A stretch of DNA of 63,810 nt, the filler included, from Octopus bimaculoides (Eukaryota): NCBI RefSeq assembly GCF_001194135.2. It is 5 parts of 4 records of this genome, joined end to end, with 100 filler letters (N's around TTAATTAATTAA, not from the genome) between each part and the next. Parts side by side here need not be neighbours in the genome. Positions count along the whole stretch, not along the records: positions 1 to 25,078 come from NC_068997.1; 4 more parts are not named here. The stretch is one strand, 5' to 3'. The first letter of the stretch is position 1. Each line of letters opens with the position of its first letter. Below are positions 1 to 14,551 of the stretch, in pieces. The position numbers were made by a program, and so were the translations under genes. The notes beneath the pieces are model-generated. The model had not been told where the DNA came from, searched no databases, and saw nothing but the letters and a program-made list of their open reading frames with translations.

Positions 1-3000
1 TCTGTACTATGGATATGATTAGAATGTCACAGGAAGAATTGCAAGACAGATTCTCTAAATGGGGACCATGTGATTGAGAAGCAAGTTTTTTACCACACAA
101 ATTTCATAAAATAATGTCCTCCTTTTCACATACCCAAATATTTTAACAGAATAAGAGCATTTGAGGCAGGACCCTTCTTTTAAATGTATTTCAGCTCATT
201 GAAAATATTATGGTAATGTGTATTTAGTTTTACTAATGAAAGGTGTTTTTTTTTTTTTGTTTGTTTGCTTATTTGTTTGTTTTTTTGGGGGTTTTTTGCA
301 TTAGCTACTTACATTGCAATATCAGTTTTCTCTTCTGTTCTTCACTCATCTAAAATAGTCATGGAGTGTTTGAGAGTTCAATTTTTATTTGCTTTTAAGA
401 GATTCTCACAATTGATTTGGAAGAAACGGTTAAAACCCCAAAAAATTGGGTCTTGAAATATTTAGAAAAACAACAAATAAAAATTTTAAAGTTGTTTGGA
501 TGGATGTCTGTTGAAAACAAAATGGTTAAAATTTAAATATTCTTCTTGTTTACGGGAATAGAAAAGGGAAGGATGCATTGAATAATATTGTCCAAGTTAC
601 ATTTTTCCTGAACACAATACTGAATAGCCTTTGATCATAGGTCTGCCACATAGGCTGGCCTGGGGCTGAACAATAACATAATTTAAATTTAATCATTTTC
701 TTTCAAAAGCATTCTTCCAAACAACTTCTTCATACCTTTAGTTGCTTTTAAGATTTTTTTTTTTAGTATTAAATTTCAATGAAAGAAATAAAATTTCCAA
801 TTTCTGTCTTTTAAAGAGAGATATAATCTTATATGGTGTTATTAAAAGAACATTAGCTACCTTGGAATAGAGAGTTGTTGACTATCAGCTTAAGTGTATT
901 TTGAGGTAGTTTCTAGCAAAGACTTTTATTTTTGCAGCTGTACATTCTACTCTTTTAGATTTAGGGCATAAAATGTCATAATTTTAAAGCTATTAAATTG
1001 CAGTTTTAAAGATGTAACTGCATTGAACAGGTTATGCAACTTCATGGAAGCGTTCTTATTGGCTATCAAGTTTGTTTCTTTTCATGAAATTGGATAAAGA
1101 TGAGAATGGTGGATTTATGGTACTGTTAACTGAACTGGCTTTCTGTTTTGAATTGTAACTAATTATAGTGCTTTTCTACACTTCATTAGTTTTCAAAAGT
1201 GAAAGCTAATCCAAAAGAAATGTCCAACTGCCTGTCTACTTGAGTTGAACTATGTTCTCAGTTACTATATCATTGATTGGGAAGCTATTAAAGAGAAATT
1301 GATTAGAATTCGTGCTAAACTTGAAATGAAATATTGGTCTCTAATTTCCAATGTTTGATTTAAGACTTGTATAGAGCAGTAATATCCCTCAGCCTACTTC
1401 AGGAGTCTGTTATATTGGGTAATGTTCTTAAAATTTCAAACTGAACCAAACCCTTGGGTCAAACCATGAATCTGGTTTAAGTAGAATGAAAAAGCCACAT
1501 CACTAACCCTAATCCAAGAATAACTATCTCCAGCACTGACAATGGATGAAGAACAACTACTTTGCCGTTTGAATAAAGCGTTCAGTTCAAAGTTTTAAGA
1601 ACACTGCTGAAAGCATCTGAACATGACTGAAGGACGTAATGGCTGTAATATTGTGCTTATAACAATCAAGATGAGGACAGCATCCCAAATATATCAGTGT
1701 CCAATGAAATTGTTTCATCTCAGAAACTGAAACAAAAATTATAACTTGGTTTAACCCTTTGGCTACCAACCTGCCTGAGACTCTCTGGTTCTATGATTCA
1801 AAATTTATATTTTAAAGTTAAACATTTCTGTCAAAGTTTCACATGAATTTATGTTTGAAACACCCACTTTATAATCACTGAGAAAGTTAATTTACTAAGT
1901 TCTTCATTACCTTCTAAATTAATTAAAACAAAGGCAATATATTTCAACAGAAATAGGATAACAAAAGGACTAAGAAAATTCATTATATTAATTAATCAAA
2001 CATGATTTTAAAAATTTCTTTTATACACAATTAAGATACATTTTTTCCTGTTTGTACCAGTTTTCAAGTTAGCTGTTCAATTTTTTCAAACTTATTTTAG
2101 ACTCACCGGATGCCGCTTAACCAAATGTGGGTCAGCACTCCCTTTCGCCAAATGGAAAATTATAAATAAATGCACGCACAAAAAAAAAACAGCAATTATT
2201 ATAATTAAATAGACTAATTTTGTGGATTAGTTTATTATCTTTGTTTATTTTTACTATCCCATCCAGCTTATTTTTTTAGATATTTGTGTGGATTAATATC
2301 CTCTTGCGTCAAGTACATATGGAAATTACTAAAGAGGGCAAGGACTTGTCTAATGCAAATATATTAAGCATTGCTGCTTGGTAACTATGCCGAATTTGTA
2401 TTCTGATCCTCAGAAGGATTTCTTTGGAAATGTGTTTCCTATGTTTTGTGCTAAGTTTAAATGCTTAATTTCTAAGAAAAAAATCACAACCTCTCTGAAT
2501 ATCCATAGAATGCCCTTGACATTTGCTGTCCCCTTTGTGAGCTCTCAATACCTAAAGGGACCACTATTGCCCATGTTAAGAACTACTGTGAAAAAGTGTT
2601 AGCCTTCTGACCAAAGTATCAATGACATCTCCTGCCCCACTCTCTTTTTCTTTGCCTCTCTCTCTCTGTATTATCATTCTACCTTTACCATGAAAACTAT
2701 ACCAACATTTATTGATTTCTAACATGTCACTTTAAATCAAAAATATTTTGTACACTTCCCATCACATGTTCTTTCAATTTACATCTCCTTATCAGCCTGC
2801 TTATCCTTTTTTATATAAGCTGTTCACCTTTTTCCATCAAATTTATTTTCTATATATTTTTTGCAAGATGCTCTAACTAGTAACATTTTTTTTTTTAATT
2901 ACAATGCAATTAGTGCCTGAATACCCAGTGTCAAACAGGCTTCATCTTTATCAATGATTTATCTAAACTATTAGTGTGACTGCATAAATGATGCAAGGAG

Positions 3001-3124
3001 TTTTGTTTTGGTTTTGTTTTTGTGTGTGTGCCAGATCAATCCATGATCAAGTAGAATCTTTGATCAAAGCATCACAGCTGTGATAACTTCCTCACCATTT
3101 CTATATATCTAAAACCTCATTAGT

Positions 3125-3330
3125 GAAGGCTCATGGCCTAGTGGTTAGGATGTTGCACTCGTGCTCGCAAATTCATGGTTTCAATTCCCAGACTGGGTGG
3201 TGCATTGTGTTCTTCAGCAAAAACACACTTCATTTCACAATGCTGCTCCAATTTGCTCAGCTGTAAATTGGGTCCATTTTACAATGGACTGGCGTTCCAT
3301 TCGGTGGGGAGTGTTGGCTTGCACTTGATG
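3125..3330 (+). mobile_element. tRNA-derived SINE family C, degenerate
   Basis: A-box TGGCCTAGTGG and B-box GGTTTCAATTCC; body similar to 54838-55134. Confidence 0.7.
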
Positions 3331-4019
3331 ACCAGCAGTATATAACAGCATTCAATAGTCTGGTCAATACAGTGATGGCCACATTGCTTGCAAGTTGTAA
3401 GCTTCCTAACAATTGAGCTGTTAACCCTTCAGCACTCAGATTATTCCCTCAAATGCATTGCTTATTTATTCACATTGTTTTGAATTAATCTTGCCTTATA
3501 TCAAAGTTTTGAAGATTTTGATGTGATTGTTTGTTTTGAATGCCATTGTCAGGTAGGTGTGAGAGGCCAGATCTGGTCAGTTTTAACATAGAACAGAAAG
3601 AATATTTTGGACCAGATATGCTAGATGGTTAATCCTAATTGTCAGCTACATCCCTTTTTTTTTTTTTTTTTTTTACCCTTTTCTTTAACTGACATTTTAC
3701 AATATTCAATATTGTAATATTCACTTTTCATGTACAGGAATATTTTAATTTTTATGCAGTTGATGGTTCAATATTAAAATTCAAATACTGAGTATAAGAA
3801 TTTGATTTATTACATATAAAACATGTAAAATACTATGGTAAATTTCCCTTTCATTTCAGTTTTCTTTCAGAAGGAACCAAGTACATTGCTCCAATTCCTC
3901 GTTTCAGATATGATTCCTAAGTTGCTTCTGCTACGTCTGTATACTTTGTATACATGTTTTGTGTTCTTTGGGATTTGGTGTTGCTATGTAAACCATATTT
4001 ATTTAAGAACTTTTTTTTA

Positions 4020-4330
4020 AACATCATATGTCCGCTTTCCATACTGGCATGGGTTGGACAGTTTGACTGAAAACTGGGGGTGCTGCAGCAAGTTCCAATC
4101 TGATTTTGCAAGGTTTCTATGGCTGGATGCCCTTCCTAATGCTAACCACTCAGTGTAGTGGGTGTCTTTTATGTGCCATTGTCCTGACACTGGCATCGAC
4201 CATGCCTATGGTCTCACTTGGTTTGACAGGTTTACACAAGCATAGTATATCGCCAAACTGTGCTTTTTACATGTCACCAGCATGGGTGCCAGTCAGACAG
4301 CACTGGCATCAGCCATGACTACAATAAACA
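4020..4330 (-). mobile_element. Repeat family D (RTE-related 3' end, (GAT)n tail on minus strand)
   Basis: CATC..GTCCGCTTTCCATACTGGCATGGGTTGGAC motif, repeated at 10690, 12277, 14552, 14810 and 24135. Its reverse complement resembles the RTE 3' end at 11660-11695. Confidence 0.7.
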
Positions 4331-4782
4331 CATAATTTATTCTCATGTTCGAAAAATGTGTGTACTGGTAGTAGTACAAATGGTGGAAATGCTTAGAAGA
4401 GGAAATTAGAATTGTAAGAAAAATTAGGATTAATTAGCAAACATGAAAGTGGTACTGCCAGAGCTGAAGTAGGCCAAATTAAAAGCAAATGAACAATATG
4501 TAAGATGATTCTTAAACACTTTTATAAAAATCTAGTGTTGTGTAAAAACACAATGCTTTATAAAGAACAAAGTACTGCATCATCTTTGAATTCCTATACG
4601 AAAAACAAAAACAGTGCAATAATTGAAATTGCATATTATTTGCTAATTTGCATCAGATTGCATTCAAAAGTGCTTCCCTTTAAATCAAATGACCATCGTG
4701 TCCTTCAAAATTCAGTCTGGTACCATGTACACATCAAAGAATGAGACCCCTGATGACTATCAGGGATCAAAGGTCATGTTGA

Positions 4783-4925
4783 TACAGGCGTGGCTACACC
4801 TACATATGGTTCTTGGGCTGAGTCCCACTGCATGGCACTCTGGACGAGTGCCTTCTACTATAACCCTGGGCTATCTTATGAGTGGATTTGGTACACGCAA
4901 ACTGAAAAGAAGCCTGTCGTGTATA
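4783..4925 (+). mobile_element. tRNA-derived SINE family A (CORE-like), degenerate
   Basis: Aligns by eye to 45917-46195 (GAGTGGATTTGGTA..GAAACTGAAAGAAGC). Confidence 0.7.
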
Positions 4926-5072
4926 GCAAGTATTGGGGTTAATTTGTTCGACTGAAAAAGGTAAAAGATGTGAATAAACATTTCTTCATCTCTAAAGATG
5001 AGGTTGATAGATGGAAAAAGTTAACCCTATTTTATTGTAATAATAACCTATCAATTATATATGTCAATTTAA

Positions 5073-5273
<201 letters not shown>

Positions 5274-7342
5274 AATACAAAAGAGAAAAAAAATGTTTAC
5301 AAAAAAAAATAAGAACGAAAAACATTTAAGTGGGGGGAGGTCCTCTACTGTGCAGAAAGATAGAAACGGACGAAACAGATGATTAATAATAGCAACAGTT
5401 GTGTTCATGTGACTCTTTTGTTACAGTGAAGAGATGTACTAGAGAGTATTGAGGGGGGGGAAACCAGTACTATTTTGAATTGCCAAATAATGCTGGCTGG
5501 CTGTGCTCATTCCCTTTACAACTGCCAATGGATTACCTGTTATTTGGATCTTATTTTGTTTTCAATTTTTTTTCCCCCTTTTTATTTTAAGAAATATACC
5601 CAGGGATTTTTTTTTTTCTGTTACATATATATCATACATATGCATACACCATACATATGTATCCATTGTTTTTATCTCCTCCAACAGTGTTCCAACACTT
5701 TCCAAATTTAAACAGAAAACTTTTTTTTTTTGTTTCTCTTTTTTTATTAGTGCATATCTGGCTGTAGGATATTTTGGGGAAATGCCTAACACTGCCTTTT
5801 TGTTGGAAAATGTCAGACTTGCTACCATTTCCTCACATTCTTAAATATTAAAACTTTCTTGCATTGGACTTCCGAAATTTAAACTTCTTCTGTCAGCTTG
5901 CATCAGGCATGACAATGCACCACACATCCTGTTTATCATAGGATCTGAGGGGGCAATGTTGCATCATGTCTGTTATGTCTTTCAAAGCTAATAATACCTG
6001 GTGGTTGCCAATTCTCACAGGAATATTACAGCCATTGGGATCTACAACCTCATCTGCTACTAAAATGCAAGCAGCACTAAGAAGATTTGAGATACTCAAC
6101 CATAGTCTCTTGCTTGAAGAACCCTGGTTGACTCCCCTTTCTGTTGATAAAATCAACCCTGGAATACTGAAAGGCAAAGTTGAACTCTGCGGAATTTGTA
6201 AAGGGCTGGACATTTAAATTCAGCAAGGCATTTGTCTGACGCTCTATCGGTTTTGATAATCCAGCCTCCATTGAAACTAATGACTTGTATAAGATTATGT
6301 GTATTGTCTCACTTGGCAGTGACAGGAAGAGTCTTAGAATTTAAGGAATAGTGAAAGAAAATATAAACGTAGCAAACATTTCTGTAAGAGGATAAGCAGG
6401 TCTTTTTTTGTTTTAGTGGAGCACGTTTTTACTTTTGAATCCTCCATATTTGTATTTTGGTTCTGGCTGTTTGCTCCTACAGTTAATTCTTGCAACCATT
6501 GCTCTACTTTGGATTCTGGAAAACCTATTTCTTTTTTTCCCATCATTTTTCTCTTTTTTTTTTTTAAACCTAGTTCCAATGACCTCTGTTTCTTACTCTA
6601 TTTTATGCTTGGGGAACCCATTAGGCACTTTGAATCAGATGAATGCGTTTTAGCTATTGCATGATATCTTGGATTGCAGGTACAGCTAGAATACAAATGC
6701 AATATTATACTTTATTCAAAAACCAAAGCAGTACATAATTTCTCCCTTAATCTTTCTATGCTGTGAAAGCTATATTACATGGTGAAAATCTTTTTCTTTT
6801 TTTTTTTTTTTTTTTTCTTTGCTATCATTAGAACTATCCATATCATGTTGTAATTAACTTCATTAATATGATCCGTTTACAATCCATTTATTATATGAAA
6901 ACAAATTTATGAATAATGCTAGAAAAAGTATGTCTCTTGTGTAGTTGAATTAGTCTCCTATAATGTCTTATGTCTAGAGGTCCCATTTTTATTTTTGTAG
7001 AGCTCACTAGCAGACACTGCCAGACCATATTTGTTGTTTGTAATTAATGCTTTAGAAGAAAATGTTTGAAGATGTGTATAGTTAGAATTTGTGTACTTTT
7101 TGTATACACCTTACATATAAATATCTACACTGGTATTTTTAACAAAAGGCTCAGACTATATAAAGATTTTTAGTAATGAAATAGACTAGCTCTTGACATT
7201 ACTCTTGGGTTTTTCTCTTCTTTAAAATCCTAATTTCTGGATAAAAATACCAAGAATGTCAGATAGGGTGTACTGAAATCAAGCTAAGCGATGGAACTGA
7301 AGACAATTTCCGGTGACACTATATATATATATATATATATAT

Positions 7343-7373
<31 letters not shown>

Positions 7374-7949
7374 ATCTTTTTTTAAACTTTCTTTGGTCTT
7401 TTGATGATTATTTATAATCATAATTCTTGTTCACTGTGTGAATTTCTTTCTTTTGCCTGTGTATTCCCCTGATTGCAGCAACTTCAGAACTTCTCTTAAA
7501 TTAAAAAAAATACTTTAAGGAATTGAAAGTTTCTTGTAAAAAGCCACTAAAGAGCATTTGAGTTTTTATAGAAAAGGGACCACCAGTAAGCATACTTTTT
7601 TNNNNNNNNNNNNNNNNNNNNNNNNNNNNNNNNNNNNNNNNNNNNNNNNNNNNNNNNNNNNNNNNNNNNNNNNNNNNNNNNNNNNNNNNNNNNNNNNNNN
7701 NNNNNNNNNNNNNNNNNNNNNNNNNNNNNNNNNNNNNNNNNNNNNNNNNNNNNNNNNNNNNNNNNNNNNNNNNNNNNNNNNNNNNNNNNNNNNNNNNNNN
7801 NNNTTTTTCCAAATTTGGCTTAAATTTCAGTCAGTCTGTTATAACAATCCCATGTGCAGCCACTTTACAAGGCACTTAGTGCCTGCAATTGCTGTTTCAG
7901 AGACTCAATCTAATTAACTAACAGTTTGTCAATGACAGACTCTCTAAAC

Positions 7950-8110
7950 AGTCATTTGACCTGCTAGAAATAGTAATCAAATTCCTTCAAAGCACACCCT
8001 ACTGTCTTATAAAAAAGAAGGATATATTGACCAGTGTAAGTCTAATGCAAAAAAAATGTCGGCCGTGGCTAAAAAAAAAAAAATAGCCAAGACTGATTTT
8101 GAGGATAACC
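7950..8110 (+). repeat. Dispersed repeat family E (unclassified)
   Basis: GACCTGCTAGAAATAG motif, recurring at ~16340, 16570, 18710, 18960 and 20090, and on the minus strand at ~17670 and ~43280. Confidence 0.6.
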
Positions 8111-8926
8111 AACAACTAACATTGGTGAATATTTTAATTCTTAAGAACTCAAAGAAATCCTCTTCAAAGTTTGATTTTATAAATTACTAAATTTTAATAA
8201 GTTTGATTTTAATTTTTATTTTCACATTACAGATTTTTTATGCTTTTATAAGTTTTTGAATGTTTATTTACTGAAAGGCCAACTGGTGCTCATACATAAG
8301 TAAAATGTTTTTTTTTTAACCACTTTTTTTTTCCTAACTGAATGGAATATTAGATCAAGGATTTACAAATTGTGTCCAGTGTAAGAATTTTGAAGAAAAG
8401 AGAAAGATAAAATTAGTCTGGTCCTACATCATTTCCACTCCAAATGTGTCATCTACTGAAGGCAGTTGTCTGAGAAGATCTATATTCCTCCAGAATATTT
8501 ATTTATTACATGTATCAGTTGGTCATAGAATATTCTGGTGAGAGTTTGTGTTGTTGAGCTAAGCGTTCATTCTCTGAATATGCCTGTCGTCAGTTCCACT
8601 TTCTCTCCATGTCTTAACCTTTCTTAAATCCTGTCACAGATTCCTGAAAATGGAGAGAGAAAAACTATTTACCTTGAGTCTGTTGCTCCCCACTAATAAA
8701 AACTTGTTGATTGATATCAAGTCTGTTCATTTCTATTTAAAAGAAGAAAAGGAAAAACACAAAAAAATTACAAAAAACACTGGGAAAAATTATAAGAAAA
8801 ATATTATTTCATATATTTCTATGATGCATTTTGGAATTTTTAGCAATCTTCCGTTATCTTCTTATATCGCTTTCATGTGTGAAATATTTTTCTGCCCCAT
8901 TTCATCAAATATGTTCTGTCACTGCA

Positions 8927-9031
8927 AATAAATCTGTACATTTGTAAATGTTTTTTTGTAATTTATTTTTTTATAAAAATCATTTGTTGTTGAGGGATAT
9001 GAAATGGAAAGGTGAATAAATGTGAAATAAA
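8927..9031 (+). terminator. Candidate polyadenylation signals ending a ~3.7 kb UBALD 3' UTR
   Basis: AATAAA at 8927-8932, 9015-9020 and 9026-9031 with adjacent TGTA and U/GU-rich tracts. The assignment to UBALD is inference. Confidence 0.4.
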
Positions 9032-9139
9032 TGTCTTTGTCTTACAGAAAAGGATTACAATTCTGGAAGTTATTTGGCAATTGCCAAATGTGTTCTTTGG
9101 GCTTCATAACTATAGATGCATACAAGCAAGTGCACACAC

Positions 9140-9181
<42 letters not shown>

Positions 9182-9824
9182 GTATTATTGTTAGGACCCT
9201 GTCCAATGCCTTGGGTTTCTTGCTGGTAGAGTGCATTTACCAACATTTTTCAGTTGTTTGAGGAATTAATTAGTAGCCAGAATATTCTCTCTTGCATTTA
9301 CTCTTGCATTTACATAGCTATGTCATTATGGTTGCTTGTCGTGAGCCCCATTTGGGGATCCTCTAAAAACAGTCTCACTGCCGGTTGTTCGTTGTATTTA
9401 AAGTGAATTGCTTATGTACATTGCATTTGAAGAGGTGTGATTACAAGTTTGTCATTATTGCCTCTGGCTAATACTAGAGGACATTTTAGGTCATAAATCA
9501 CAATTTTTGAATTACAGAAATATTGACCATTTTGAAAACGGTTTTTCGTTTTTTACATTTCCCATTTATATCATTCATTGATATTTCATACACATTCACA
9601 TTTGATATTATAGTTTCAAAAGAACTAAGATGTTTATTATTGCAATTGAATAGAAAAGGTTAAATGTGTTTTTTTTTTTTTTTCAGCAGTCCCCATTTGG
9701 GACTTTTCATAAAATTTATAATTTCCAAAATAATTCACATATGAAGTAAATGTAAATACTATATATTATTTTAACTCTTAAGACCCCTGACAAAGCCAAA
9801 AAGTATGAATTAAAAAATTTGGTA

Positions 9825-9910
9825 GTTAATGAGTTAAGAAGCCTGCTTTCCAACCACATGGTTTCAAATTGTTTCAATCTATGACACCGCATGCAAATGT
9901 CTTCTACCCG
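9825..9910 (+). mobile_element. SINE family A head fragment
   Basis: GTTAAGAAGCCTGCTTTCCAACCACATGGTTTC matches the family A head. Confidence 0.6.
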
Positions 9911-10689
9911 TCTACTATATTAAATTCACTCACAGGTCAGCCTTGGGCAAAAATTATATTGATCTGGTCATTGTGTCAAGGTGAGTGAATGTTTATATTT
10001 CACTTGTGATCATTTGTGTAAAGTGGTGCTGATGTTAACATTGTCTGTTGGCATCATGGCGGCCGCTCTTGAGTTTTCAAAGACCTGTCAAATGTAAAAA
10101 ATTTTACTTGAAAATTTGGTGAGTTGGCAACAAGAGCATCCAGTCATAAAATCCTACCTCAAAATCAATTCTTATCTGTACCAGGTTAGCATAGAAAAAC
10201 AGAATATTTCTATAATGTAAGCTTGAATCCATTGTACATGTAATCAAAAGGCCAAAAAAATGCTATTAACTCAGTCATAATTCTGAGTATAGTTTTTTAT
10301 AAAATGTTTCAAAATATATACTCAGTCTAATGAATTTGACTGCAGCTTGTAATCAGTGGAACTTTTTCGAAGTATATTAAATGAAATTTGGTAAGCTCTG
10401 AATATTAGTCCTCTCAGCTGACCTGAATCGAGACCGGAATGGATGTAGTATTGCTCAACCTAGGCCATCACAGACAGGAGGATGGGGAACGGTTGCGAAA
10501 ACAATGATAATGACAAGAAGGAAATAATTAAATGGCATGAATTTATTCTGCATTGGGACTATCATATTAAATTACTCTGTAAAACAATATTTAAATGTAG
10601 ACTTCTACTTGTATTACTTCTTATTGGTTTACAAATTAAAAAAATACAAAATTCTCAGCAAAGCTACATTAGTGGGGAGATTATGTACC

Positions 10690-10900
10690 ATCATTTAAGG
10701 TTTGTTTTCCATGCTAGCAATGGTTGGATGGCTTGACAGGCGCCACACTAGGTTCCATTGTCTGTTTTGGCTTGGTTTTCACAGCTGAATGCCTTTCCTA
10801 ATGCCAACTACTTTACAGAGTGTACTGGTTGCTTTTTACATGGCACCAGCACCATATCATCATCGTCGTCATTTAATGCCTGTTGTCCATGCTGGCTTGG
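10690..10900 (-). mobile_element. Repeat family D
   Basis: TTTTCCATGCTAGCAATGGTTGGATGG...GCCTTTCCTAATGCCAAC motifs shared with the other D copies. Confidence 0.65.
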
Positions 10901-11374
10901 GTATCTTAGGAAATCTGTTAGCACCAAACAAAATGTTTGGCACTATCTGTTTAGTGATATCTCTTGTGGTTGAAAGTTCAAATCTTCATAAAGAAGGGGT
11001 GTTGACTTTGGCTCTATTTTGAATGCTTGACAAGTAAAGCAAATAAGTTCCCTTTTGACTTAACACAGTATTTCCCCTCTTGCTGGTTAATTACCTAGAA
11101 ACAACAAAAAATGCTGGCACACTGGCGGTCAGCTTCATAGAAGGAAATTTCAAAGGTAGGTTTGATTTAATTTTACTTCTTAGTTGATAACCGTTGTGCA
11201 TTAGTTAGTATTTGGGATTAGTGAACCAGTTTGATTTCTAGTTAACAAGAAACATCTTTATAAAACCAGAATCTCCTGTTTCTCAAGAATGATTTCAGAA
11301 ATATCCCAAACGATTGGCTTATGCAGAATTTGGTCTATAGATTTTTCTGCTAGTATTGAATACCGAGGATGTGT

Positions 11375-11695
11375 AAAAGCTGGAAGTATGCTGTGCTATA
11401 TGTGTGTGATGTTGGTGTATATGAAAGGCATAACACAGATGAACTGACAGAAAAACTAAGAGGAATTAGATTTAGAGAAAACAGAACTGGGATAGATGTG
11501 ATACATATGAAGGACAACAATGTGCCAAGTGAAGGAACCTGCAGAAGACCAATGCAGTGAAAGCTGATGGCAGGAAGTTGAACTTAATGAAGATGACAAA
11601 GGATTGCAGAAGATAGTAATGTGTGATGTTTGAGAAGACATATCCAGTTCCTACAAACATGGGGAAAAATGAACGTAAAATGATGACACAATGAA
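11375..11695 (+). mobile_element. RTE-clade LINE 3' remnant
   Basis: Degenerate translation DELTEKLRGIR...EGTCRRP parallels 24370-24720 and ends in an ATGATGA tail. Confidence 0.7.
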
Positions 11696-12276
11696 TGCTT
11701 TAATGTAAATTTCAATTACAATTAATGACGTCTAGCATCATTAATATTTGCTAATGTATCATGATATTGATTTCATTTTAAAGTACAACCTCTTTATATT
11801 CGATTCCTTTTGACTTTGATCCAAACAGCTAGCAATATCCTTGAGCTATTGATATCTCCACTTACATGATCGTTGGTTCAAATAATGTTGAAATGTAAAA
11901 CCTTTCCTCGAATATCTACCAATATTCTATTGAATTTTTCTTACTCAAGAATATTTCAACCTTTGAAGCCAATATTCTAATCAATCTTTTCCTTAAATGA
12001 GATCTTCTACCATAATTAATTCTTTCAAAATTTTATATAGTAGTTATTTTAAAATGGTTACACTACCTATAAAAGCTAGCTTTAACACTACAACAGAGTA
12101 TTGCAACAATAAATCCATCTATGAACACAGCCACAGTGGTAAGGGACAAATGCAAAGATACACAAACATAAAAGAAAACAATTGGGGTTTAAAATTTACA
12201 ACAGTTGTTTCAGTCGCATTTCATTGATGCATTTGTAGATTACATCATAACATAAATCCACCACCANNNNNNNNNN

Positions 12277-12800
12277 CATCATCATCATCATTTAACATCT
12301 GTTTTCCATGCTGGCATGGATTGGATGATTCGACTGGGGTCTGGGAAGCCAGGAGGCTGCTCCAGTCTGATCTGGCAGTGTTTCTACAGCTGGATGCCCT
12401 TCCTAACGCCAACCACTCAAAGAGTGTAGTGGGTGCTTTTTACATACTACCGGCCCAGGGGCCAGAGGAGGCTGGCAATGGCCATGATCGGTTGGTGCTT
12501 TTTATGTGCCACTGGCACAGAAGCCAGTCAAGGCAGTGCTGGCATTGGCCACGTTCGGATGGTGCTTTTTATGTGCTACCAGCACAGGGTTCACAACTAC
12601 AATTTCCATTTGATTTTCATGTTGATGTATTTGACTCAATAGGTTTCCTCAAGCACAGCATGTTGCCCTACGATCCAAGGTACTTTTGAGTGGGCTGGGG
12701 CTGGTTATGCAAAACTGGTGTAGGATACAGCTGTGAACTCACTTTATTTACCAGGTCTTTGCAGTCACAACATATCTTCACAGGTCTTGGTCTTTCGTCA
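12277..12800 (-). mobile_element. Repeat family D, longest copy
   Basis: (CAT)n-TTTAACATCTGTTTTCCATGCTGGCATGGATTGG start; internal repeats of the GGTGCTTTTTATGTGC motif. Confidence 0.75.
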
Positions 12801-14551
12801 TTGCCAAGCAAGGTAGAACAAGAAGCTGGCCTAGTCCCCTACTAACATGAAAAATGGGTGATATTTTAAAAGAACAGTTGAATTTATGGAGAAGTAAATA
12901 AGAGTAAGCAAGATCAAAGCAATCCTATTTTTCAAGCTATTAGCTTAACGAATCGTTGTGTGTGTGTATGTATACATACGCACACAGACAACAGGCTTTC
13001 AGTTTCTATCTACCAAATCCACTCAGAATGTAAAGAACCAGTCCCATCCGATGCTCTACTGGACAAATACCGCATATATTAATCCAGGAAGGATGAAAGA
13101 TGAAGTTGACCTTGGTGAGATTTGAACTCGACATAAGGGGCTGGAATAAATACTACAAAACATTCATCCAATGCCCTAACCCCTCTTCCAACTCAGTCTT
13201 AAAATGAGCCAAGGATGGGGGCCTTATATGTGGTTAAACAACTGAACTGTTGAAAAATAACAGGATGCATGAGTGCATTCCATCTGATAAACCTAGTCAG
13301 CACTGCTTGTTGCATGGTCAGGCCATCAGCAGCTAAAATTCGTCTAGAAGAGCAGATGAACCCAGCAAGGAATCAACAGTTACCCTTCAAACTTGCAGCT
13401 ATAGGAGGGAGAGGGAAGGGGAAGTAAGGGTTCTGAATCCAGTATGGATGACTTTCTTGGCAACTCTTTCATTGAGTTGGTTCTCTCCTGCAGATGTACA
13501 AACCTTTTCTTTTCTCAGACCCAACAAAACCAAGATGAAAAAAGTATTTTAATAAATGTGGAAATCTCTCAAAGTGGTTTAGCTTTTTCATGTTCAAATG
13601 AGCCAGATATTCTTGCCTCTGACATCTACCCTACAACGTCCTTCTGAAAATAAACAATCCCATTATGAAAATTTCAAAGCTACAAGATAATGCATGATTA
13701 ATTAAAAACAATGTGAATAAATAAGCATCATGTTTGACAGAGAAATCTGACTATCAAATGGTTAAAGTGGTTAATTTTTTCCAAGTAAATAAATAGATTG
13801 ATAGATCACATATATAACGTGGCTCGCTACCTTAAATATACAGTCATGCATAGAAAATCTCTTAGTCACCACTAATGTTCTCTGTGGTCCCACCCACTTA
13901 TACTCTGTATTATCACTGGTTCTACCATCAGCTCTTGTTACAAAATTTATCTCCTATCTTCAACAAGCTATTGAAGCAGATTATCACCCTCAGTCGTTAT
14001 CTATTAATTACACTACTGCAAGTAATACACTTCCTATTATTTTACTGATATCATGCTCCATTTCTTATGTATTCATTCATGAAACTACCTGTATAATACT
14101 GCCTTCCCACCCGTTTCCTTTCAGTGTCACGATAGATAATTTGATAAAGCCATGCCCATACTTTAGCTCTGGCCTCCTACCCTATATATGGACTGATACA
14201 CAGTTTGTAGTTGCAAGGTTAAACTGATTGATTACTGTTACACACAAAGCTCTACCATATATGTAATCTTTTTTTTTTCTTGCAAATATTGAAGATGACT
14301 GAAATAGTGGCTGACTCAACTCTATCTAAACACTGATACTTTATTGTTGAGTTCACACTATCTTTTGGAGCTTTGTTCTTACTTAAAAGAGACCATTGTA
14401 ACCTCAGCAGTCTTAATATAACTAAGACAGCATAATGATAGTTAATTTTGTTTTGAGGGTAAAAAAAACTTAGGCTTTTATGCATTGTTAACCATCTACA
14501 AGTATAGATTACTTTAAAGTTGTTTCCGCAACTGAATTGCTGTACTCTTTG

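Noticed and set aside
3851-4020. Acceptor-like TTTTCTTTCAG followed by an open frame, as a possible extra UBALD exon
   Set aside because: No similarity to the expected TALS.FFQE exon, no convincing donor, and it runs into a repeat.
5893-6271. Overlapping 106-, 83- and 64-aa ORFs downstream of the UBALD stop
   Set aside because: No recognisable domain. 6130-6210 is a decayed SINE B core (ACCCTGGAATACTGAAAGGCAAAGTTGAACTCTGCGGAATTTG), so the ORFs are most likely incidental.
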